From: a virus
Reading direction: 5' to 3' (one strand)
DNA length: 64,000 nucleotides
Virus record (IMG/VR): IMGVR_UViG_3300007735_000791
Coordinates: 23,102-87,101 of that record
How positions within the stretch are numbered: position 1 is the stretch's first letter; each line of letters opens with the position of its first letter. Of the stretch, positions 10,978 to 21,114 are shown one piece after another. Both the position numbers and the translations under genes were made by a program. The notes under the pieces were generated by a model. It ran no database searches and was not told where the DNA came from. It was given only the letters and a program-made list of their open reading frames with translations.

Positions 10978-11490
10978 ATGGCAAAAAGTAAGTTTTCAGG
11001 ACCGTTTCTACCCTTCCCACGTTGGGTACTTCAATATCTTGGCAATGACTCAATCAGTAAAGTAGTATTATTAACTGTATTACTTTACATGGATGCTGAT
11101 ACCCAAGAACTAACAACTTCGTATGGACACGTAGCCAAATTGACTGGCTATTCGCGCAGAACCATCATTCGTTCTGTCAACCGCTTGGTTTCTGCTGGTG
11201 TCCTTATTCGTAAAAACCGTTTGGGCAAGCATGGAAACATCAGCAATAAGTACATCGTAAACTTCAACAATCCATCTACCCTAGTGTCTGCACAGACACC
11301 ACCTAGTGTCCTCACTGACACCACTGGTAGTGACACGCCTGACACCACCCCTAGTGTCCCCAGTGACACCCAATCAAGAATAACAATAAACAAGAATAAC
11401 CATAACAAGAATCTCTCTTTCAAGAAGGAGAAAAAAAAGGACGACATTACTAATGGTTACGTTATAGACGAAACGCTATTGCCAAAATGA
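10978..11490 (+). CDS. HTH replication initiator protein
   Basis: HTH_36-like SYGHVAKLTGYSRRTIIRSVNRL..AGVL; contains internal iterons; upstream of a DnaC-like loader. Confidence 0.75.
   Translation: MAKSKFSGPFLPFPRWVLQYLGNDSISKVVLLTVLLYMDADTQELTTSYGHVAKLTGYSRRTIIRSVNRLVSAGVLIRKNRLGKHGNISNKYIVNFNNPSTLVSAQTPPSVLTDTTGSDTPDTTPSVPSDTQSRITINKNNHNKNLSFKKEKKKDDITNGYVIDETLLPK
11281..11370. repeat. Four iterons TAGTG(T/A)C-N6-GACACC: probable replication origin
   Basis: ctagtgtc-tgcaca-gacacc, ctagtgtc-ctcact-gacacc, gtagtgac-acgcct-gacacc, ctagtgtc-cccagt-gacacc at 22-24-bp spacing, followed by an A-rich tract (11371-11440). Confidence 0.8.
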
Positions 11491-11849
11491 ACGACGACTG
11501 GGGAAAGGCTCTAGGCTCAGATGAGGAGAAACCGATGATTACTAAAATGTCCACAAAAACAAAAAACACAACTATGGCTTTGGTTTACCACTTCAACAAA
11601 TCCATAGAGTACCCAATGAACTTTGAAGTAAACGCTTTGGCTTTGTCCAAAACATTTAAGACTTTGCGCGACAGTGGGGTTTCCTACGTTGACATGTACA
11701 ACATGATTGACAGGTTCTTTTATGAAATTAAACAAAAACCATTGCCAAAAGACGTGGCTACATGGGCAGCATTTATTAAACGACGAGACGATTTACTTCA
11801 GTGGGTGACAGCGAACTCTTCCGATTCCGACGTGTCGGAGTGGAAATGA
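11487..11849 (+). CDS. Hypothetical protein (replication module)
   Basis: ATGA overlap coupling to the initiator gene. Confidence 0.6.
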   Translation: MNDDWGKALGSDEEKPMITKMSTKTKNTTMALVYHFNKSIEYPMNFEVNALALSKTFKTLRDSGVSYVDMYNMIDRFFYEIKQKPLPKDVATWAAFIKRRDDLLQWVTANSSDSDVSEWK

Positions 11850-12064
11850 AAAAATGGTGGTTTTTCATAAAAGCATTTAACATTATTTTTAAAGTAAACA
11901 CTGTTAAACAAGAAGAAGAAGAAATTGAAATGTATGTTTGTTCTTTGTGCGGGAGCATATACTTAGACAAACATTCGTACCTTACGCATTATAAAGTTGA
12001 TGCGTGCACAGCACCAATGTATATTTTACCTAGCGACCCACTACACATAAAGGACACACTATGA
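11846..12064 (+). CDS. Small C2H-type zinc-finger-like protein
   Basis: ATGA-coupled at both ends; CSLC...H....H motif. Confidence 0.5.
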   Translation: MKKWWFFIKAFNIIFKVNTVKQEEEEIEMYVCSLCGSIYLDKHSYLTHYKVDACTAPMYILPSDPLHIKDTL

Positions 12065-12699
12065 CAACAGGATGGAAAGGTGCTCGTTACTGGCGTAACA
12101 GGCCGATTGAAGAAAGATTAAGTAACTTACGAGTTCCACGGCGATTTGAATCAATGACATTGGAGTCATACGACAAGTCAACTGGAGACCAAGATGTTTA
12201 CTATGCGGTTATGACTTGGTTAAAAAATGCAGAAGAAAACATCGCCACTGGAACTGGTTTGTATTTGTTTGGTGGCACTGGTGTAGGTAAAACACATCTT
12301 GCCATTGGTTTGTTAAAAGAAGTAGTTGCCAAAGTTCAAATTAGTGGTTACTACATACCAACCACGACATACATGGAAATGATGTATGACGAACTAAACA
12401 ACGAAGGCACTCTTCCAGAAGAGTATGAATCTCCATACACATCAAAATACTTACGAGCAGTTTATGACGTAGTTGTTCTTGACGGACTAGGAGACGAAAA
12501 CGACACAGACTTTACACGCCGTTCAATCACCAATTTATTAAATCAAAGAATTAACAATAATCTTCCAACAATTATTACAAGCCTATACAACCCTAAAAAG
12601 TTATCTTTGCGTTACGGAGAACGCTTTGTTTCTATTTTGCAATCGGCGTGTCGGCTTGTTCCTGTATCGGGAACGGACCAACGCAATGCAGGGAAATGA
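12061..12699 (+). CDS. DnaC/IstB-like helicase loader ATPase
   Basis: GLYLFGGTGVGKTHLA Walker A, VVVLDGLG Walker B, LPTIITS. Confidence 0.9.
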   Translation: MTTGWKGARYWRNRPIEERLSNLRVPRRFESMTLESYDKSTGDQDVYYAVMTWLKNAEENIATGTGLYLFGGTGVGKTHLAIGLLKEVVAKVQISGYYIPTTTYMEMMYDELNNEGTLPEEYESPYTSKYLRAVYDVVVLDGLGDENDTDFTRRSITNLLNQRINNNLPTIITSLYNPKKLSLRYGERFVSILQSACRLVPVSGTDQRNAGK

Positions 12700-13117
12700 C
12701 ATTGGTGAGTACTGGCAAAAAGGACAAGGCGTAGTTTTTGAAGGAGTTCTGACACAACTGTCGGACAGCCTTATTGCTAATTTTCATAAACAACGAGGTA
12801 ATTGGAAAAAGTATTTGTCTTTATCCAAACCATGTGAGTTGCCGTTAAAAGCAATGATAGATAGTTACAGCCGATTGGGTATAGCAACAGATGTTTATAC
12901 TTTTATAGACAACGATGCAGTTGACGCAATTAATGATTGGTTGCTGAGGAAAGGTATCTCGGTGGGTGTAATGTATTACCCCTCGGTGGAAGAACTAGCA
13001 TACGATTTAAAGTTTCAACGTTCAGTTAGGACAATATATGTTGAAACGCAAGAGCAAGCATCTATCATTGGGATACGTTCTCACGTAGTGGACACAAAGA
13101 AAGCGTGGATTAATTAA
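12686..13117 (+). CDS. Hypothetical protein (degenerate HAD-like fold possible)
   Basis: ORF tiles between loader and helicase; MQGNDI start, VVFEG motif. Confidence 0.5.
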   Translation: MQGNDIGEYWQKGQGVVFEGVLTQLSDSLIANFHKQRGNWKKYLSLSKPCELPLKAMIDSYSRLGIATDVYTFIDNDAVDAINDWLLRKGISVGVMYYPSVEELAYDLKFQRSVRTIYVETQEQASIIGIRSHVVDTKKAWIN

Positions 13118-14373
13118 TGTCAAGTTCAGAGCACTTACTAATTAGCAAGGTAATCACTGACAACGAAATCTTGCCCGTAATTGAAGCAGGGGTTAAACCA
13201 CAGCACTTCTCAGCGCATTGGTCAAATGTTTGGGAATGGGTTGTTACCTATTGGCGAGAACACAACGCCGTTCCTTCTGAAAGAGCATTTAGTCAAGAAC
13301 ATGCCAATGTCTCTTTGGTGGACTCTTCCCGTGAGCAATTCTCCAACCTAATTGAGGAAATGCTTGAGTCATACCGTCACCAGAAACTTGTAGAAACGCT
13401 TGCAACAGCGGTCCCTATGCTGAACAACAATTTGACTTCAGAAGCGTTACACGCGCTTACAGAGGGCTTACAGACCGCTTCAGCCGATGTTGCCAGGTTA
13501 CGCGACATCAACCTCATTGAAACTTGGGAGCAGCGAGTACAACGTTACCAATTGATGAAAGATACACCTAACGCCATCCGTGGAATACCAACTGGATTTG
13601 GTGGATTGGACAGGATTACATCTGGGTTACGACCACAGCAGTTGATTACTTTTGTTGGTGAGGCAAAGAAGGGCAAATCTTTGATTACCTTGATTATGGC
13701 AAACGCCGTACACACTCACGGTAAGGTTCCGCTATACATCTCGTTTGAAATGAGTGCAGAAGAACAATCAGCACGATACGACGCTCTTATTGCTGGAATA
13801 TCGCACACAAAAATAATGCGAGGAGACTTAACCAATGCCGAAATTGAACGCATTAGAAAAGCAGTGTCAGTGCGAAAGAACATGCACCCATTTATTTTGT
13901 CTGAAGACATTTCGTCTTTGACCACAGTCAGTGCAATTGCAGGAAAAGTACAGCAACACAAACCTGATTTGTTAGTAGTTGACGGTGTATATTTGATGGA
14001 TGACGAACAAGGTGAGCCAAAAGGTTCTCCACAAGCACTCACCAATATCACTAGGTCGTTAAAGCGCTTGGCTCAACGATTTGATATTCCTATTGTCGGT
14101 ACAACTCAAGTGTTGAGTTGGAAGATTGGAAACCGAAAAAGCAGGCAGATTACTGCTGAAGCCATTGGGTATACATCGTCTTTTGCTCAAGACTCTGACC
14201 TAGTGGTTGGCGTAGAGTCAGACCCTGATATTGAAAACCAAGCAATCTTGAGAGTGGTGCTTGCACGTACAGCACCAAAAGGCGAAGTAAGGATTAATTG
14301 GGATTGGAACAACATGGACTTTTCAGAGGTAGAAGATGACACTAACGATAGCAATGACAACTGGTATTACTAA
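13117..14373 (+). CDS. dnaB: DnaB-like replicative helicase
   Basis: GIPTGF..LD, GEAKKGKS Walker A, SFEMS, VVDG.YLM, QDSDLV. Confidence 0.92.
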   Translation: MSSSEHLLISKVITDNEILPVIEAGVKPQHFSAHWSNVWEWVVTYWREHNAVPSERAFSQEHANVSLVDSSREQFSNLIEEMLESYRHQKLVETLATAVPMLNNNLTSEALHALTEGLQTASADVARLRDINLIETWEQRVQRYQLMKDTPNAIRGIPTGFGGLDRITSGLRPQQLITFVGEAKKGKSLITLIMANAVHTHGKVPLYISFEMSAEEQSARYDALIAGISHTKIMRGDLTNAEIERIRKAVSVRKNMHPFILSEDISSLTTVSAIAGKVQQHKPDLLVVDGVYLMDDEQGEPKGSPQALTNITRSLKRLAQRFDIPIVGTTQVLSWKIGNRKSRQITAEAIGYTSSFAQDSDLVVGVESDPDIENQAILRVVLARTAPKGEVRINWDWNNMDFSEVEDDTNDSNDNWYY

Positions 14374-15265
14374 TTTTCGTGACGTCCTTGACGCAATAGG
14401 CGTTGATGTTCGCCGTGAGTCTGGCAATGAAATCATTGGCTGTTGTCCAGTACATGCAAAACGAACTGGGAAATTAGACAGGTCTCCATCATGGTCAATG
14501 AACGCTTCTACAGGATTGTGGATTTGCCATTCATGTGGGTCTCGTGGAAACTTACCGCAGTTGATTGCCGAAGTTACTGGAAGTTACGAATCCGTATCCA
14601 CAATATACAACTTGTTAATGAACTCTGGAATGGAGCAACTAACACGTCCTAAGTTGGAAAAGGTTAAATCAGATGTGGACTGGGAAATGTATATGTCTTT
14701 TGACAACCCTCCATACGAGAAGTTGTTAGAACGTAATATCAAAGCGGTAGTTGCCGAAAGGTTTGGTATCCGATGGGATACGTCAAAACAAGCGTGGATT
14801 ATTCCAATCATTTCTGCATCAGGAGATTTGATGGGATGGCAAGAGAAGTCACCAAAGGGAGTTCTCAATCAACCTGTAGGTGTTTCTAAATCAGAAACTT
14901 TGTTTGGTATTGACCGTTTTAATATACGAACAGCAATTTTAGTAGAGTCCCCACTAGACGTAGTTAGGGTTGCTTCAGCATATTCAGGAGTACAATGTTT
15001 AGCCAGTTTTGGAGTACAGGTCAGTAAAAAACAAATAGAACTATTAAGCAATGTTTGTGATTATTTAATTGTGGCGTTAGACAATGACGAGGCTGGAATG
15101 ACGGTAGGTAAAAAGTTGTTTAAGCACCTTCCTACTTTTCGTGAAGGTATTAAATGGCTTTACTACGGTCACACTAAAGCAAAAGACTTGGGTGAAATGT
15201 CAGACGAAGAAATTGGTATTGCCATAACAAAAGCAACTGTTCTTCCTTGGTGGGTAAATGTTTAA
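14354..15265 (+). CDS. DNA primase (CHC2 zinc finger + TOPRIM)
   Basis: CPVH...W.CHSC; LVESPLD; ALDNDEAG; KDLGE. Confidence 0.9.
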   Translation: MTTGITNFRDVLDAIGVDVRRESGNEIIGCCPVHAKRTGKLDRSPSWSMNASTGLWICHSCGSRGNLPQLIAEVTGSYESVSTIYNLLMNSGMEQLTRPKLEKVKSDVDWEMYMSFDNPPYEKLLERNIKAVVAERFGIRWDTSKQAWIIPIISASGDLMGWQEKSPKGVLNQPVGVSKSETLFGIDRFNIRTAILVESPLDVVRVASAYSGVQCLASFGVQVSKKQIELLSNVCDYLIVALDNDEAGMTVGKKLFKHLPTFREGIKWLYYGHTKAKDLGEMSDEEIGIAITKATVLPWWVNV

Positions 15266-16802
15266 GGGAACGTTATACCCATTTCAAGAAGAAGCCCGTG
15301 AAAAAATGGTTGACAGGGGCAAGATGCTTTTAGCGGTAGTCATGGGTGGTGGCAAAACTGTAATCACTATCAACTCTCTTGAAACATTGTTTGAACAACA
15401 AGAAATCACAAGGGCAATCATTATTGTTCCCGCATCTTTAAAGTATCAATGGCTGAGAGAAATTACAAAGTTTACAAACTCACGAGCAGTAGTAATTGAT
15501 GGCAATGCAAAAATACGAGAAACATTATGGCGTTCCGCAATACGAGCAAGGTACGTCATAGTCAATCCTGAAACTTTGTTAAACGACCAGCACATGTTTA
15601 ACTCACTGCGGTTTGAAGCAATGGTTATAGATGAAGCAACAATGATTAAATCACCGCGTGCTAAACGTTCAAGGCTTCTTAAAAAACTTGGTAAAAAATG
15701 TCAATATCGTTTTGCCTTAACTGGTCAACCAATTGAAAACAAACCAGAAGAATTGTTTTCTATTATGGAATTTGTAGATGAAACTGTGTTGGGAAGGTTT
15801 GATTGGTTTGATAAAACCTTTATTGTTCGCGACAAGTTTGGCAGACCAACACGTTATAGAAATCTAAACGTACTTAATAAATCAATGGAACTAGCAATGG
15901 TTCGTAAGAATAGAAAAGATATTCAAGACCAATTGCCCGAAGTTATATCAACAGTTATACCAGTTCAGTTTGATGAGTTGGGAGCATTGGCATATAAAAA
16001 TATTGCCAATGATTTGCTTAAACAGATACAACAGGCGCTGAACACTCATGGCAAAGGCTTTGATTTATGGTCTCACTATCATGGAAATCCAGCAGCAAAT
16101 GAAGCGCAGGGTCAAATCATGTCGCGGTTAACTATTCTGCGTATGCTTTGCGACAACCCAGAATTAGTTTTGTTCTCGGCAGAAGAGTTTGTTAGGGCAG
16201 ACGGGGATGTGGGAAGTAAATACGCTAAAGAAGTTATGGACAATGGTTGGGTTAACGGCAATCTTAAAACTCCAAAAATGGATGCCGTTATTGATTATAT
16301 GACGGAGATACTACAAGAAGACCCAAACAATAAAATTGTATTGTTTTCATTTTTTAAAAAAAATCTTAAACTATTGTCTGAGAATACTAAAAGCATTACC
16401 AAATCAGTTTTGTTTACTGGGGATATGAATTCAACTGAAAAAGATGCCGCTAAACAAAAGTTTATTAAAGACCCAAACACACGTTTGTTTTTGTCTTCAG
16501 ATGCAGGTGGTTATGGTGTTGACTTACCCCAAGCCAATTACCTAATATCTTATGACCTTCCGTGGTCTGCTGGTAAATTAGACCAACGAGAGGCAAGAAT
16601 TATACGACTATCTTCACAACACCCTCACGTTACAATTGCATCATTCGTAATGAAAGGGAGTATTGAAGAAAGGCAGTATGAAATGCTTCAACAAAAGAGA
16701 GGAATTAACGAAGCGTTTATTGACAAAGGTTACGATACACAAGGTAGATTTGAGTTGACACTTAATTCATTAACAGAATTCCTACAACACTCGGAGGTGT
16801 GA
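15258..16802 (+). CDS. SNF2-family helicase/ATPase
   Basis: LYPFQ, MGGGKT, IDEA, LTGQPIEN, GGYGVDL, QREARI.R. Confidence 0.9.
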   Translation: MFKGTLYPFQEEAREKMVDRGKMLLAVVMGGGKTVITINSLETLFEQQEITRAIIIVPASLKYQWLREITKFTNSRAVVIDGNAKIRETLWRSAIRARYVIVNPETLLNDQHMFNSLRFEAMVIDEATMIKSPRAKRSRLLKKLGKKCQYRFALTGQPIENKPEELFSIMEFVDETVLGRFDWFDKTFIVRDKFGRPTRYRNLNVLNKSMELAMVRKNRKDIQDQLPEVISTVIPVQFDELGALAYKNIANDLLKQIQQALNTHGKGFDLWSHYHGNPAANEAQGQIMSRLTILRMLCDNPELVLFSAEEFVRADGDVGSKYAKEVMDNGWVNGNLKTPKMDAVIDYMTEILQEDPNNKIVLFSFFKKNLKLLSENTKSITKSVLFTGDMNSTEKDAAKQKFIKDPNTRLFLSSDAGGYGVDLPQANYLISYDLPWSAGKLDQREARIIRLSSQHPHVTIASFVMKGSIEERQYEMLQQKRGINEAFIDKGYDTQGRFELTLNSLTEFLQHSEV

Positions 16803-16803
16803 C

Positions 16804-17199
16804 ATGGAAAAAGAATATGACGAACAATACTTAACAAAACTTGTAGAAGACTTTGTATCACAAAAAAAACTGTTGTCTCAGTTAGAAACAAGGGTTGACA
16901 AGATTAAAAAAGAACTAAGCACCGTTGTTGAACAACATGGAACTCCAGACGACAGCGGTCACATTTGGTTGAACATTGGTGGACACGAATTAAAACGTGA
17001 ACGTCGTGTTAGCAAATCATTCAACGCAACGCAAGCGGAAGAGTGGGCACGTGAGCAAGGATTGTGGGACAACGTAAAAGAAGTTATTGAACGACTTAGC
17101 GAAGACAAACTTTTACAATTAGCATGGGAAGACAAAGCACTTCTCACGACAGTTCAAACTTTCTACACAGAAAAAGAAACTTGGGCATTTAAAGCGTGA
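16804..17199 (+). CDS. Hypothetical protein (coiled coil)
   Basis: GGAGG RBS; tiles in the operon. Confidence 0.6.
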   Translation: MEKEYDEQYLTKLVEDFVSQKKLLSQLETRVDKIKKELSTVVEQHGTPDDSGHIWLNIGGHELKRERRVSKSFNATQAEEWAREQGLWDNVKEVIERLSEDKLLQLAWEDKALLTTVQTFYTEKETWAFKA

Positions 17200-17624
17200 A
17201 AGACCCGTTAGATTTTTTTAATGATTTGCCTGATTACCCTGGTGGTCGCACACCAAAAAACAGGGGTAAAAAGGTAAAAGCAATTGCCGATGATAGATAC
17301 AACGGGGCAAAGCCCAAGAAGTATATAATCAACGGTCAAGAGGTAGTGATGTTTACCATTGGCGACTTAGCCAAAGCAATAGGTAAACGTCCTTCCACGT
17401 TGCGAGTTTGGGAGCATCGTGGTTGGCTTCCCAAAGCCAAGTACCGAACACCAAAACCTGTGAAGCAACAAATTCCAGAGAAAACTTCACAAGGTAGGAG
17501 GCTTTACAGTTTAGAACAGGTAGAGTTTCTTTTTGAAGCAATGGACCGTTTTAAAGTACGTGAGATTAATCACGGAGATTGGAACGGTTTTAGAAAACAT
17601 ATCAAAGATAATTGGCCCCAATAA
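17196..17624 (+). CDS. MerR-like HTH DNA-binding protein
   Basis: FTIGDLAKAIGKRPSTLRVWEHRGWLP...RRLYS..QV. Confidence 0.8.
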   Translation: MKDPLDFFNDLPDYPGGRTPKNRGKKVKAIADDRYNGAKPKKYIINGQEVVMFTIGDLAKAIGKRPSTLRVWEHRGWLPKAKYRTPKPVKQQIPEKTSQGRRLYSLEQVEFLFEAMDRFKVREINHGDWNGFRKHIKDNWPQ

Positions 17625-17644
17625 ACACACAAAGGAAAAATACA

Positions 17645-18307
17645 ATGCCAAGAAATTATGACGTAGTAGAATTAACACCGAATACAGAGCAGGACACACC
17701 TGCTCCAGAAGAATCAACTCGCAAACTACTTCGCGGTGGTTGGCAACAAGTTGATGTTTTGAAAAGCGCAGACTCTCAGTACGCACAGCGTTTGAAAGTT
17801 TCTGAGGACGTTCAAGTAATCAAGTTTTTGGACGACGAACCATTTGCAGCATGGCACCAACACTGGGTAGAGCGTGAAGGTCAGAAATCCTTTATCTGCT
17901 TGCGTGACCTTGAAGAGCGTGGATGCCCACTGTGTGAGACAGGTAATCGTCCGTCACAACGCATTGCGTTTAACGTTGCATTGTTGGCTGTAGGAGCCAA
18001 ACCAGTAGTTCGTTCATTTGAAGTAGGACCACGAGTTGTTGACCAACTTCGCAATTTGAACAAAGCACCTCAAACTGGTCCATTGACCAAACACTATTGG
18101 GCTGTAAGTCGCACAGGTAAGGGCGCTACAACTGCATACAATTTGCAGGCTATTCGTGCTCGCGACCTACAAGAAGAATGGAAGATGGAAGAGATTGACG
18201 AAACTTTCATGTCGTCATTGCGTGAAGACCGTTATGACGCAAGCATCATGAAGGTTCCTACCTACGCAGACCTTCTTTCAGTTGCATCAGAAGATTTAGG
18301 GAAGTAG
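17645..18307 (+). CDS. Single-stranded DNA-binding protein (gp32-like)
   Basis: IKFLDDEP..W.QHW, C..CPLC, SRTGKG..T.Y; directly upstream of PolA. Confidence 0.7.
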   Translation: MPRNYDVVELTPNTEQDTPAPEESTRKLLRGGWQQVDVLKSADSQYAQRLKVSEDVQVIKFLDDEPFAAWHQHWVEREGQKSFICLRDLEERGCPLCETGNRPSQRIAFNVALLAVGAKPVVRSFEVGPRVVDQLRNLNKAPQTGPLTKHYWAVSRTGKGATTAYNLQAIRARDLQEEWKMEEIDETFMSSLREDRYDASIMKVPTYADLLSVASEDLGK

Positions 18308-18310
18308 ATA

Positions 18311-20371
18311 ATGGGGAGCGTAAAACCTCCCATTATCACAACCTTAGAAGAACTTGATGAACTTATTAGCGTTGTTAATGAGGTTGGGGCGTTTGCTTTT
18401 GACGTTGAAACACAGTCAGTGCTTGAGCATCACCCCGACCTATTACAACACTTAGAAAAAGATTTTCAAGAACATGTTAAGGGTTTAAAAAGCAAAAGCC
18501 CTGACATTATTCAAAGAGCACATGATAATTTGGTAGAAGAATACCTTAAAGAGATAGCAGTAAATCCTTTACGCAATGAAGTGTTTTGGATTGGAATTGC
18601 AACTAAAGGTCACTCATGGGCAATACCAATGGGTCACAAAGTTGGTCCGTTGCTAGAAGCAGAAGAGGTGGGAGATGGAAGCACAGTACCACCTGTTGGC
18701 TATCGTAAAAAGTTAAAAAATGGTCAAGAGTCCATGGCAAAGGCTAGATACATAAAGCCCGCTGTTTATGCTGAGCCAATAAAACAATTATCACGAAGCG
18801 TTGTCTTTGAACGTTTAAAGCCTTTGTTTTTTAGCGACCTAATTAAAGTTGGTCAAAACGTTAAGTTTGATGCACGGTCTATTTCAAAGTACTACGGTGC
18901 TATACCACCAGGACCTTATGTTGACACAATGCTTTTACAACATTTGGTTAACGAGAACTTAACCAACTACTCACTTGAAACAATCATTGAAAATAATTAC
19001 AACGGTCATAAAGCATATGAACGTGGTGGAAAACTTGGCAAAAGTATAAGCAAGGTAACTATTGACGACGCCTCATTGTACGTGCATCGTGACGCTCGTT
19101 GGACTTGGATGCTGTATACACGCTTGTTAAAGAAGGTAAACGCCTACGCTGACCTTCGCAAAGCCATGACTTTAGATAGTCAAGTTTTAGAAGTGTTAAT
19201 GGAAATGGAAAATCAAGGCATTCCAGTTGACGTTAACAACTTAACAGTTCTAGAAAAAGACTTAGACCAAGAGTTAAAAGAAGTGCATGACAACATTTTA
19301 AAGTATGCACCAGTTGGTTTTAACCCTGATTCTAATAAACATAAACAAACATTTTTGTTTAATAAAAAATCAGAAGGTGGACTGGGACTTAAACCATATA
19401 AGAAGACTGGAAAAGGAGCACCGTCTGTTGACGAAGAATCTTTAAAGAGTCTTCAACATAAACACGAAGTTGTAGCCCAGTTACTAAAATGGGCAGAACT
19501 ACAGAAGTTAAAATCAACTTACGTAAACGGATTGATACCAAAACTATATAAAAATAAACTTCACCCATCTTTTCATTTACATAGAACCGCTACTGGGCGA
19601 CTATCTTCTTCTAATCCAAACCTTCAAAACATTCCAAGAACATCAAACATTAGAAAGTTGTTTGTTGCCTTAGACCCAAACGTTTTATTAGTTGCTGACT
19701 ACGACCAAATTGAATTGAGAGTTATGGCTATGTTCAGCCAAGACAAACGTTTGTTGCATGTCTTTGCCAATGACGAAGACATTCACACCGCTACTGCATC
19801 GGCTGTCTTTAAGAAAAAACCAGAGAACGTTACTTCTGAAGAACGACAGATAGGCAAAGGTGTTAACTTTCTAACCGCATACGGTGGTGGTTCTATAAAA
19901 CTTGCACGAGTTACTGGCATTCCAAAACATGAAGCAGAAGAGATATTAAATAATTATTATAAAAGTTTTTACGAATTGACTGCTTGGAAACGGCAAGTTA
20001 TTGCAAAAGCCAAAAAAGACGGTTATGTATCTACTTTATATGGACGCAGGAGAAGGCTTCCAGATTTGTCATCAAGCAATGATGAGTTGCGGTCTAGGGC
20101 TGAAAGACAGGCTGTTAACGCGATAGTTCAAGGAACTGCCGCGGACATTTGTAAACAAGCAATGGTTGATGTTCATAAAGCCATGAGCGGAACCAGTGTA
20201 AAATTATTAGTGCAGGTTCATGACGAACTTGTAGCAATGGTAAACGAAACAGATAGGGTTGATATTCTTAATCCTTTTATTAACGCTATGGGAGACGGTA
20301 TGGTTTTAGAGAAAGTGCCAATTAAGGTTTCCCATCAATTTGCCAAGAGTTGGGCAGAGGCAAAAGAATGA
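18311..20371 (+). CDS. polA: Family A DNA polymerase with 3'-5' exonuclease
   Basis: DVET, QNVKFD, TATGRLSSSNPNLQNIP, DYDQIELR, KGVNF..YG, QGTAAD, VHDEL. Confidence 0.97.
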   Translation: MGSVKPPIITTLEELDELISVVNEVGAFAFDVETQSVLEHHPDLLQHLEKDFQEHVKGLKSKSPDIIQRAHDNLVEEYLKEIAVNPLRNEVFWIGIATKGHSWAIPMGHKVGPLLEAEEVGDGSTVPPVGYRKKLKNGQESMAKARYIKPAVYAEPIKQLSRSVVFERLKPLFFSDLIKVGQNVKFDARSISKYYGAIPPGPYVDTMLLQHLVNENLTNYSLETIIENNYNGHKAYERGGKLGKSISKVTIDDASLYVHRDARWTWMLYTRLLKKVNAYADLRKAMTLDSQVLEVLMEMENQGIPVDVNNLTVLEKDLDQELKEVHDNILKYAPVGFNPDSNKHKQTFLFNKKSEGGLGLKPYKKTGKGAPSVDEESLKSLQHKHEVVAQLLKWAELQKLKSTYVNGLIPKLYKNKLHPSFHLHRTATGRLSSSNPNLQNIPRTSNIRKLFVALDPNVLLVADYDQIELRVMAMFSQDKRLLHVFANDEDIHTATASAVFKKKPENVTSEERQIGKGVNFLTAYGGGSIKLARVTGIPKHEAEEILNNYYKSFYELTAWKRQVIAKAKKDGYVSTLYGRRRRLPDLSSSNDELRSRAERQAVNAIVQGTAADICKQAMVDVHKAMSGTSVKLLVQVHDELVAMVNETDRVDILNPFINAMGDGMVLEKVPIKVSHQFAKSWAEAKE

Positions 20372-20748
20372 GCGATATAGAAAGCGTAGTTGATAAACGA
20401 CTGTTCTACTTGATGCTGTCAATAGGTCAAGGGCAAGAGTTTGCTAACTTCATGGGCTTTTCTAATCCGTCTAATGACGTGGAACAAGCAGAAATATACG
20501 ACGTTGCCAGCAGATGGGCATTGTTTGTTAATCAAGGAGTTTTAGAAAGTATTGAAGAATCAGCCAATTGGGTGCTAGACTTTCTTGAGAAAAGTGATAA
20601 ACTTTCAAACCCTAAAGAAGAAGTGCTCCCGTTGTTTGTAGCATACGGAGTTTCTTTATTAAATAAAATGTTAGAAAGTGGAAATCTTTCTATTATCATA
20701 GACGAAGAAGCATTATTAAATTGGCAGGAAGTAGAAGAAGATGAGTGA
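20368..20748 (+). CDS. Hypothetical protein
   Basis: ATGA overlap with the polA stop codon. Confidence 0.6.
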   Translation: MSDIESVVDKRLFYLMLSIGQGQEFANFMGFSNPSNDVEQAEIYDVASRWALFVNQGVLESIEESANWVLDFLEKSDKLSNPKEEVLPLFVAYGVSLLNKMLESGNLSIIIDEEALLNWQEVEEDE

Positions 20749-21103
20749 CTGGTGGGACAAAAAGTTAAAAGGCGAGAAACCAACGCCACAACCGATATAT
20801 CCAAATCCTGTTACGTATAGCAATCGTCCTGTTCAAACGGTAGAAACACAAACAGTTCAACATAATTTGCCTCCAAACACCCAGTTAACCACTGGACAAG
20901 CGATTAGAATGTGGAAAGGAGGAGAAGCGCATCAACGTGAAGGTAGCATGAGGTGTCCAGAATGTGGAAGCCGAAATGTATTTTCACGTGTTGGAAAAGG
21001 TTCTAACAGTATGGTTAATGGAGCAGCACCAGCCCCACGTTGTTTTGAGTGTGGTTGGAACGGTAAATTTTCACAAGCAGACCAATCAAATTGGGCAATA
21101 TAA
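20741..21103 (+). CDS. Zinc-ribbon protein
   Basis: CPECGS...CFECG. Confidence 0.65.
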   Translation: MSDWWDKKLKGEKPTPQPIYPNPVTYSNRPVQTVETQTVQHNLPPNTQLTTGQAIRMWKGGEAHQREGSMRCPECGSRNVFSRVGKGSNSMVNGAAPAPRCFECGWNGKFSQADQSNWAI

Positions 21104-21114
21104 AGGATTATCAC

